Below, in pieces: positions 53,746 to 64,000 of a DNA stretch of 64,000 bases; the stretch's first letter is position 1, and each line of letters opens with the position of its first letter. Source of the DNA: Octopus sinensis (lineage: Eukaryota); assembly GCF_006345805.1 (NCBI RefSeq), contig NC_043011.1:15636464-15700463 (forward strand), read 5' to 3'. The position numbers were made by a program, and so were the translations under genes. The notes below the pieces were generated by a model. It did no database searches, was not told where the DNA came from, and saw only the letters and a program-made list of their open reading frames with translations.

Positions 53746-56372
53746 TATTTGGAGTGAATAGACATTCAATGAAACTGCCAACTAGATTCGGTGCATAGAA
53801 AATCCCTACCAAATTTTAGCAGAACACGCATAGGAAGACATTACAATAGGAGACATAAGCATGACACTCAATAAGGCTCTTAGGTGGAAATCCCTTGGTA
53901 AAGATAACGTGCCAAATTTCTGGCTCGCTTCATTCCTGCGCACACATGAAAAGTTAGTTCAGGTGTTCGATGAAATTATGAGTGACCCTAAGAAATCTAC
54001 TGATTGGTGAACAAGTGGTATTAATTACATACTTCCTAAGAATATTAAAATCAAATTTCCAAAAACTATGAACCCTTAACCTGTTCATTTAATACTTATA
54101 ACATTTTAACATACATCCACGTGGAGAAAGCATACTCATTTATGGAACAGAACGATATTTTCGCCACTGAACAAAAACGGTGCTGAAAAGGCTCAAATGT
54201 ATGCAACGATCAATTCCTAATCAATCTCATGATCCTTGGGAACTGTAATAACAAACGCTAAAATCTCAATTCCGCGTGGATTCCTTTTAAAAATACCTTT
54301 AACAGCATATCGCATTCATGGATCATGGAATACGTGGATATTTTCAAAATGTCTCCTGTATTTTCAAACTTCCTGAAGCCTAACATGTCAGTGTGGAATA
54401 CGAATCTCCAATCATGCCACTCTAATGGAATACTGACTTCAGTCAATATTAACATCAGCTGTGACCTTTCCCATGGTGACTCAATTTCACTTGTATTTTT
54501 TTACATAGCCCTAATACCCCTTACATGTGAATTTAACAGAACAGGGTACGGGTATAAAACGGACAATAAGAAAATAAAGCATCTATTTTATATGGATGAT
54601 TTAAATCTCTATGGCAAATACAAAAATGAGCTTCAAGGCCTATTACATACAGTGAAAGTATTCAGGGATGTCGTTAGGATGGAGTTTGGACTTGCTAAAT
54701 GTGGCAAAGGGAATTCAGTCGTGTTTGATGACACAGTTATAACAGAACTTGAGCAGTAACAAACTTACAAATACGTCGGATTAAATGAGGGCTCTGACAT
54801 TTAGCATGCAAGCATGAAAAAGAAGATCTGGTGGGAATGTTACAGGAGAGCAGTCCTGGAATCTGAGTTAAATGCACGTAACAAGGTGTTAGCCATAAAT
54901 TCCTTAGTAGTTCCAGTTGTTATTTATTGCTTTAATATGTTAAACTGGAATTTCAGCGAAATAAAGAAAATTTACTTGAAAATCCGTAGGCTGCTACCTT
55001 GCAATAAGATGCACCATCAAAAAGCAGACGCAGATCGTCTTCATTTTTTCAGAGTCAAGGAGGTCGAGGCTGGATCCATGTTGAAATCTCTCACAAAAGC
55101 ACCAAAATTGGACCGGCCAAATAAATATCTTAAAGCATCAAAAGACTAGATGCTAAAACGTGTTGAACATCGTTAGAGACATAAGAATCTACATTCTATC
55201 ATGAAGGAGAGCAAATAGTTTTTTTCGTTCATGGATAATACCAGGTTGAACAGCATGGAGGGAATGCGGCAACCGTTGTCGCAAAAGAAGGTGAAATCAA
55301 AGGCAAAGGGGAAAAAACCATATAAGCAATTGGCTGATAGGTGGGAACAAGAAATCTCTGCATGACAAATATATGGTATTTGCTAAACAGCAAAGAAGAC
55401 CTGCTACCATATGCTGCTAGTCTTCGAGGAGTTAACACAAAAGTGTGCTCATGAATTCCGAACAAGAACAGCCAACGAGAGAGAAGAAACCATACTCCGT
55501 ATGGAGTTACATGGTCAGTTCCACCACGAAATCAACAAATTATAAGACCAGGAGGAAGCATCATGGATGTGGCTCCTGAAGGACGACCAAAAAAAAAAAA
55601 TACTGAAAGCCTAATGAACGCCACCCAGGACCAGGCATTGAATACAAACTCAGTGAAAAACAATATATACCACAAAAATGCATTGGACCGCTGTAGAATG
55701 TGTGGGAAGAGGGTCGAAAGTGTGACTCACCTTGTTAGTGACTGGGAAAGTGTTGTGCAGAAACATTATAAGCATAGACACGACAAGGTAGCCCAAATCA
55801 GCCACTGGCTACTATGCCGTAAGTTTGGATATGAGAGTACAGGTGCTTGGTACCAACGCACACTGGAAAATGTAATGGACGAAAAGGGGAAGGCAAACAT
55901 CCTCTGGGACTTTGATTCCCAGACAGACAAAGTGTTAGAACGCTGAAGGCCGGATATAGTAATCTTTAGGTTACTATATCGTTTAGGTTAAAAATGAGAG
56001 TGCCTAATAATCGACGTAGCAGTCGATTATCATCATAAATAAAAGAGAAAAGTTGATAAATATGGAGAACTGAGAATTGAGATCGCTAAGATGTGGCATC
56101 TACGGGAGTCGAACATGAAGGTGATCCCTATTTACATCGGAGTATTGGGTTCAATACCACCCAATCTGGAAAAAAAGAACATCTGAAAACCTTAGAGTTA
56201 CCCTACAATCTAGATGTATTGCAAATGTCTGCATTGCTTGGAACTGCTCAAACATTCCTTAATGTACTGCTTGTCTGAGGTCCTTGTTGTGACTTGACAA
56301 ACAATACAAACGCCCGGGAGACACAATATATTAAATCAACAGCCTCACCATATTGTATACTGTGCGACGTTC
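53746..56372 (+). mobile_element. Degenerate R4/Dong-like non-LTR retrotransposon (RT, CCHC, RLE), 5'-truncated
   Basis: WKSLGKDNVPNFWL, HLFYMDDLNLY, MEFGLAKC, LNARNKVLAINS, CRMCGKRVESVTHLVS..RHDKVA, ILWDF..RPDIV and LQMSALLGTA. (AAT)n on both flanks. Confidence 0.93.
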
Positions 56373-56418
<46 letters not shown>

Positions 56419-56597
56419 GTTGTTCGTAGATATTAAATATTGCTTGCCAGCAATCCTATTGGGTAATCAAATTATACACACATTAAATACAATTCGTGTC
56501 TTATCTGGGCATATGTGCTTTTGTTTCTTATCTCCCTCTCTCTCTCTCTCTCACTCTCTCTCTCAATATATATATATGTATATATATATATATGTAT

Positions 56598-56641
<44 letters not shown>

Positions 56642-57153
56642 ATACACACATATATATATATACATATATACATACATATATATATATATATATATACATA
56701 CATACATACATACATACATACATACATACATACAAACACACACACATATATAAGCGAACATAAAATTTTGAGTCACTAACCGTCAAGATTGCGGTCTAAT
56801 TAAATCATCCTCAATGAAAACAGTGTGAAGTACTTGAGGATTCCGATCATCAACGAATCAATGAGAGAGAAATGCAAAAGTGACATAGTAAATACAGGAT
56901 AGCATTTTCCGTCACTCATCAATGTTATGATGGAATATGGTGTTGAATTCTACTTTAGAATTTATTTCACCAACTTTGATAGAATGTAAGCATGAGTTAT
57001 GCACTAGGAAAGATAATCGCCTAAACGCTTCCTTACACATATATGGTTAACATTTAACTGAAATATTAATTCATAACTGTGGCAAACAACTAGAAATTCT
57101 GCGGAACGATAATGTCAATTAAATATATTGGTGTTCCTCATTTATCGATCATT

Positions 57154-57459
57154 TGTCTGATCCTTTTCGAGCCATGCCTGGCTCATAAGGGCCGGTTTCC
57201 CGGTTTCCTTGACGTATACGTCCCCCACCTGGACGGGATGTCGGTCCATCGCAGGTGAGCTGCAAGATGCAGGAGGCAAGAGTGAGAGAGAAAGTTGTGG
57301 CGAAAGAGTCAGTAGAAGTTTCGCCATTACCTTCTGCCGGAGCCGCGTGAAGCTTAGGTGTTTTGCTCATAAACATACACATCGCCCGGTCTGAGATTCG
57401 AACCCACGATCCCTCGACCGCGAGTCCACTGCTCTAACCACTAGGCCATGTACCTCCAC
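57154..57459 (-). mobile_element. Full-length tRNA-derived SINE (family B) with TSD
   Basis: A box tggcctagtgg, B box ggttcgaatc; TSD atttatcgatcatt at 57140-57153 and 57460-57473. Confidence 0.95.
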
Positions 57460-58134
57460 ATTTATCGATCATTAAAAGATGAACAACAAACTGATAGCAG
57501 CAAGATTCCAAACCCACATGGTGGTAATACTGGGTGACTGTTTTAACCTTTCTAGGTCTTCTGTCAAACCATAAAAATAATAAAATGATAAAAATAGTAC
57601 AATAGAAATTGTATTCCGTATGTTGTCATCTAATAGCATCAATGTATTTATGAAAGTGTGTGTGTTGTCTCATGAGGACTAATATATATGGAGATTAGTA
57701 AGTTAATGATTGTTTATTATTAACAACAAATTAATGATCATCCCTTACATCTGTTTCAATTAACACTCAGTAAATATCAAGAAAATATTAAATTCATATG
57801 ACCTGAGCATAATATCTTCAGAAGGAAAAAAATATACCCTTGGGTGCGTTAATAGATTCATTATAGCAGACTAAATGTTGTTTATGATTTGTATTGTTAT
57901 ATATTCAGGCAAGGGGTTTGCAGGTTGATTAAAGATAAGAAGGAGTAGGTAAATAAATTTAGAACAATAAACGAACAAATTAAATAGAGATGATAGAGAA
58001 AATTTAAATTTAATAAGTTCATAATTATTAAAGAATGGAATATTTCTTTATAAGATATAAAGTTAAGAAAAATTGTATATATGTAAGTACTCACGCATAC
58101 ATATCCACGCATAAATATATGTATCCGTACGTCC

Positions 58135-58173
<39 letters not shown>

Positions 58174-58374
58174 ACATACACAGAGACACACGCATATACG
58201 TATATACGCATATATACACATACATGTACATGCGCGAATACATTAATACGTATGCACACTCACACAAACATGTACGAATATATATGCGTTGACCCCTTTA
58301 ACCATCACCCCTAAGAAGAAGTTGATATAGATCCATATTGGTCAAATAAATCCGGAATTAATTGACCAATATGT

Positions 58375-58417
<43 letters not shown>

Positions 58418-58506
58418 AAAAATAGGATAAAATCCAAGTAGTTAGCGTGAAAAACCACATAAGGGAAAAATCCGTGAATTATTCCTCTTAAATATATTTA
58501 TTTATA

Positions 58507-58714
58507 TTAAGGGCATTACTATACATAAATACCTCACACTAGGAGGGACTCTTAAAGTCAAAACTTCCATAATAATTCGGGATCCTGTTTTTAAAATGCT
58601 CGCTTCGAGAGTTGCATTCCCTCGAGTTCGGTACAACGTGTCTATTTATTATGGTAGTTTCGATTTTAAGAGTTCCTCCTAGCGTGAGGCATTTATGTAT
58701 AGTAATGCCCTTAA
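58507..58714. mobile_element. Palindromic MITE-like element with TTAA-GG...CC-TTAA ends (Kolobok-like termini)
   Basis: 69-bp inverted arms at 58507-58575 and 58646-58714 with 6 mismatches. Confidence 0.65.
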
Positions 58715-59513
58715 CACACACACACACACACACATACGTATATAAATACGTATGTATGTGTGTGTGCGTACGTACGTGCGTGTGTATGTTACGTATATAT
58801 CTATGTACCTGCGATTGTATGTGTGTGCATGTGTATATTCATGGATGTGTATAACTGTATAAATATATATATATAATTCTGTTTCTTACTAGGCATTAGA
58901 TTTTGAACAGCGCTCATAGATTCATTTGCATTCCATCTTTAGAAACAAATCCTTTAATAACTCAAAAGACATTTGATATTCGACCTAATTACTGTCGTTG
59001 AAAGTGCACTTTGACTATTCCTTCTAGTTTTATTGCATTTATAAAATTAATCTGTTGTTTGACTTTTTTCCATAATTCTTTTAACCACTGCTCCTTTTTC
59101 TTTAAGTTTCGCTATCTGGTGTTGTTTCCATTTTTCATTATTCTTTTACTTCACTCTGTTTTCTATCAATTTTTTCAAATTACTTATCTCACCCCTACTT
59201 CTCGGCTTTCAGCTCACAATGTTTGTAACGTGCCTTTATGGCTAATGCTCAGTAATGATTTTAAGTCATATATATCTGTATAGCATACAGAAAACTTATA
59301 TTGTATTCACTGTTGTATAGAACATGCACGCGTTTCAAAAGATCACCAAAATGTTCTGCAATATCGGAAGTGTCGCAGCACATATTGATGAAATGAATGT
59401 AATTAATGCGTATGTTACGAGTAGCTGTGTATGTATGTCTGTATGTATGTGTCAATACATATATATATATATATATATAGACATGCACAAATTCTGTAAG
59501 TTCTCTGATGTCT

Positions 59514-59601
59514 TTTCGGCTGACGAGTACGAGCCATCTATATTTACTGCATTTTTTGTAGCTTATTAAAGATGTCCTCGTACGAAACAATTGTACCGAG
59601 A
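59514..59601 (+). ncRNA. Type I hammerhead ribozyme, canonical core
   Basis: Stem I TTTCGG/CCGAGA; core CTGACGA (59520-59526); stem II GTACGAG/CTCGTAC; GAAA (59584-59587); palindromic stem III ACAATTGT; predicted cleavage after GUA at 59595. Confidence 0.85.
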
Positions 59602-59629
59602 TTTTAATCCATTCTTGTTGCTTTTTTCC

Positions 59630-59660
<31 letters not shown>

Positions 59661-59666
59661 TTATTT

Positions 59667-60208
59667 ATTTATCTATAAAATAATATGTTACGTTACTCAA
59701 TAGTCAAGATAAAACACTGAGTTTCAGATGCCGAAGTGGAAATCCACACACCATCTCTTCCGTTATCTTCGGCATCTGAAACTCAGAGTTTTATCTTGAC
59801 TTTTGAGTAATGTAACATATTATTTTATAGATAAATTTCCTCTATTTACATAATATTGAGGTCTCTTTCTTTGTTATCTTACCGTTTTTACCAATATATA
59901 TATTTATATTTATATATATATATACTATATATATATATATACCTATATATATATATACTATATATATATATATTTATTTATTTATCTATAAAATAATATG
60001 TTACGTTACTCAATAGTCAAGATAAAACACTGAGTTTCAGATGCCGAAGTGGAAATCCACACACCATCTCTTCCGTTATCTTCGGCATCTGAAACTCAGA
60101 GTTTTATCTTGACTTTTGAGTAATGTAACATATTATTTTATAGATAAATTTCCTCTATTTACATAATATTGAGGTCTCTTTCTTTGTTATCTTACCGTTT
60201 TTACCAAT
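59667..60208. repeat. Palindromic element with 70-bp arms, tandemly duplicated at a period of 313 bp
   Basis: Arms at 59667-59736 and 59767-59836 with 3 mismatches. An identical second copy starts at 59980; the copies are separated by (TA)n. Confidence 0.92.
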
Positions 60209-60251
60209 ATATATATTTATATTTATATATATATATACTATATTATATATA

Positions 60252-60318
<67 letters not shown>

Positions 60319-60414
60319 ATATAATATATATATATATATAGGTGACATGTATTGACACAAACATACATACATACACAGCTACTCGTAACATACGTATTAA
60401 TTACATTCATTCAT

Positions 60415-60473
<59 letters not shown>

Positions 60474-60505
60474 AATGTGTGTGTGTATATATACATAGAA
60501 GGAGG

Positions 60506-60537
<32 letters not shown>

Positions 60538-61148
60538 TAGGGAGAGAGAGAAACACGCATATATGGGCTCTCAAGCTGTAGGAGGTTGCACTCATGCCGG
60601 TTAAAAATATATATATATATAGAAGCCTCCCAATTAATTCAATATGTAACATGATAAATTAACATTTCAAGCTTTGAAAATGTAAGAAAATATTTTAATA
60701 TTTTGTACAGATTAGGATTTATTTCCATGCAATTCTATATATTATCAAATACACTTGTTTTGCAGCATCAGTCAAATCTCAGAAAATACGTTAAATACGT
60801 ATGTCGTAAATATATAAGAACTCTAATTTAGAATCAGTAGAACAAGTTAAACATGAGAAAACACGGTGAACAAAATTTTGAATTCAAATTGATGAAAAAG
60901 ACAAAAGAAATCATCAAAAATAAGCATTTGTATGAACTCCATGGGCAAACAGGCAAAACATAGCTTGAAATATGAGTATATGTATATTTTTATTAATATT
61001 AGAACAGAAGTAACAGAGTGACTCAAGGTCGTGCTTTGACATAGATACATACATACATGCATACATACATACATTCATATATATATATATATATTATATA
61101 TATATATATATATTTATGTATGTACACACACATATATATATATGTATG

Positions 61149-61181
<33 letters not shown>

Positions 61182-61204
61182 TATATATATGCGTTCTGTA
61201 TCAT

Positions 61205-61926
61205 ACTAGTTATCGGTATACCAACATTAGCAGATAGTAGTGATAGTCTTTAGAGTAACTTACTGTTTGCATACCCATATTTTTTTCCGTCCAAATGATT
61301 TTGAAGACTGCGCAATAAATGATAATATGGTTCATGCGTGAGACGTGACAGCGAAGAGCACTCCATGCGCGCAATGTGGCTCGGAAAGTTTGTGAGGAAC
61401 ACATTGGCCCAATTTGCTGAATTTTCCGATGGCACGAAGTTGTCAATGAATGGTTGAATTACCAAATCCAAGCTTCTCTGCTAGTTCCTAAACTGTTACG
61501 ATGGGGATTTTGTCCCACCAGATTTTGCAGGAATCCCTCGTCGAGCTCTACAAATCTTCCAGGACGAGGCTCGTCTTCTAGGCAATAGCTTCTAGCTCGG
61601 AATTTCTGGAACCAACGTTGACACTGGCTTACGGTTATTGCCCGATCACCATATACTGCATTAATATTTCTCGCACTTTCCATTGCGTTGTTGCCTTTAT
61701 TGAACTCTTAAAACAAAATATGCCGAATATGCTCCTTTATCAGTTCCATCATAGCTTTGAAAATATAAGTGTTAAAATCGAACTGCACTCTTCAAAACGT
61801 GCATTAGGAATAAACACAAGGTAAACTGCTACCTTCTTTTATAGCTAGTAGGTGCAGGTAGTCTATCCCATCCGACTTTTAGCTCATGTAATTGAAAAAC
61901 TACATTATTTATGGGATGAGCCTGTA
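61205..61926 (-). mobile_element. Internally deleted mariner remnant
   Basis: Minus strand ESARNINAVYGDRAITVSQCQRWFQKFR..LEDEPRPGR (HTH region) joined to YYHLLRSLQNHLDGKKY (C-terminal region). Confidence 0.85.
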
Positions 61927-62760
61927 TACACATACACAAACACACATGCACACACACACACGCACACACATACATATATTCCTATAAAGTATCTTAGTAG
62001 AAACATCAAAATGCAAAACGCATGAGGTACATTTATGTGTAGAACAAACACGTTTGGTGACTTGCAGGAGCAAAGCACTCTAGAAACGCAATGTCTCAGA
62101 AGAAAATGATTCCATACACGTGGAGTTACATCTACATATACAGTAAGTATGCCTTTTATTGTTAAAGTTTTACAGAAATTATTCGACTTCATAATTCCTG
62201 CGATATTCCGCTGTGAATTGCGATTTTATGGGCTGTAATATTTTGCCTTAATTACCCTTATATTTCACCATCTTATAGCATTAAAAACCATTTCATATTT
62301 ACTGAGCTGTAGAAAAGACAATTAAAAATGTGTTTTCTTTATAGCTGCGAGATATTTGTTCCTGTTGTAATCAGAAGGTGATTATCTAAGAACAAAATTT
62401 ACATGAACAATACAGCTCCAGCTAGTATTTATCTCTTCATCAATGATTTCTGCAAAACGAAAATCGACGGTGTTTTCCAGCGAATAATTGTATTTTCTTC
62501 CCGTTTTTGTTCGTTTGACCCTACTGTTAGATATAAAAATTATTTTCCCGCCCAAACAACCAACTGTAGTAAAAAACGGAGAAGTAAGGTCAATAACTAA
62601 GCAGTGGCAGAGAACCAGTAGACGACTAGTAGACAACTAGTAGACAAACGAGACCATGGCTCAAACGCAGTCTTAAAATATCCTATCAAGATAGATAGAG
62701 GTCATTGACGTACAGAAGGAAATGCGGGGGTTGCATTAATTGTCTCTACGTTCATAATCC

Positions 62761-63072
62761 GTGGAGGTACATGGCCTAGTGGTTAGAGCAGCGGACTCGC
62801 GGTCGAGAGATCGCGGGTTCGAATCTCAGACCGGGCAACGTGTGTGTTTATGAGCGAAACACCTAAACTCCACGCAGCTCCGGCAGAAGGTAATGGCGAA
62901 CTTTTGCTGACTCTTTCGCCACAACTTTCTCTCACTCTTTCCTCCTGCATCTTGCAGCTCACTTGCAACGGACCGGCGTCCCGTCCAAAAGGGGAACCTA
63001 TACGCCAAGGAAACCGGGAAACCGGCCCTTATGAGCCAGGTATGGCTCGAGAAGGAACAAACAAAAACAAAC
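62761..63072 (+). mobile_element. Full-length tRNA-derived SINE (family B) with TSD
   Basis: Same family as 57154-57459; (AAAC)-rich tail; TSD acgttcataatcc at 62748-62760 and 63073-63085. Confidence 0.95.
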
Positions 63073-64000
63073 ACGTTCATAATCCAAGTTATGATACCCA
63101 TGTAAAGATATAACTGCAGCACAGTTTTATTTATACATACACTGTATTCACATTATAGACAGAGCACCAATTTCGACAGCGAATTCTCAGGAATGATATG
63201 AAAACAAAGCAACTTTTCCATACTCTCTATAAATCCACTTTAGAAAAACATCGACCAAAATCACACTGCTATTTTCGATATCATCACGTAAACGTCCTTC
63301 CTAATAAACTGTCCATATGTGCATTTGATTAAGATGTAAATTTACATGGTCAGTGTTTCCTTAATTCGACATCATTCTATTAGTAACATTACAATTAATA
63401 TTGATATCTTCGCATGAAGGTGCAATAATTATTTGGTTGAGTGTCAAGTTTGTGTTCATTATAGATTAGCGAAGATTATACTTACAAAACAGCTGAAATT
63501 TTTCTTTTAATATTTCTCGTTGTCTGGAACATCATATTTACAATCAGTCTAACAATCACCTTATTCGATTCTATAGTCTACAAGAAATGTTTCATGTCGA
63601 ATAATATAATATTCCTGAACCGTTAATTTATATGTTCCGTTTTCATTTCCTGTAAAATCATGTGAAATTTACATATGGAACACACATCATTAGAGAAATC
63701 GAAATGGATGATATCTTCAAAATGCAAAATTCATAACAGGAGTCGTTAAATACTAATTCGTCCTGTCATAGTAAATGTCTTCCCTGATACTTTTTCCTAA
63801 GCTCATCGTTCTAAGCTATTGCTTTCATTCGTCACTACTGTTCACCCTACACAATGGCCAAATGTTCTATGGCTGGACGCAGTTGAGTTATATTACTAGA
63901 AAAATATGCATAATAGTGAATTGCACAATACGCATTTTATAAAAGCATTTATTGTCAATAAAAATAACTTCATAATTGGACATAAATCAGTATCGTTCAA

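Noticed and set aside
62761-62835. tRNA gene (also 57385-57459)
   Set aside because: No proper acceptor stem, and the sequence continues into a SINE body with tail and TSD.

Overview
AT-rich, microsatellite-dense eukaryotic DNA with no confidently identifiable host protein-coding gene. The SINE families and the repeat landscape point to a coleoid cephalopod, probably Octopus; this is an inference. Most ORF-track entries are translations of (TA)n, (TAA)n, (TATC)n and (CTT)n tracts. The real content is transposon-derived: R4/Dong-like RLE non-LTR fragments and a non-coding ~550-bp element inside (TAA)n tracts; three head-to-tail Tx1 (L1-clade) copies, each inside a (TATC)n tract; Penelope-like RT and GIY-YIG remnants; hammerhead-ribozyme cassettes beside (TA)n; RTE and CR1/L2 remnants; three Tc1/mariner remnants; tRNA-derived SINEs with target-site duplications; and several palindromic MITE-like elements. 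The most notable observations are a canonical hammerhead ribozyme at 59514-59601, apparent (TATC)n-specific targeting by a Tx1 family, a shared 3' tail between that Tx1 and the dominant SINE, and a strongly structured GC-rich island at 14.2-14.45 kb. All assignments were made by eye. Some frameshifts and tandem duplications may be assembly errors.
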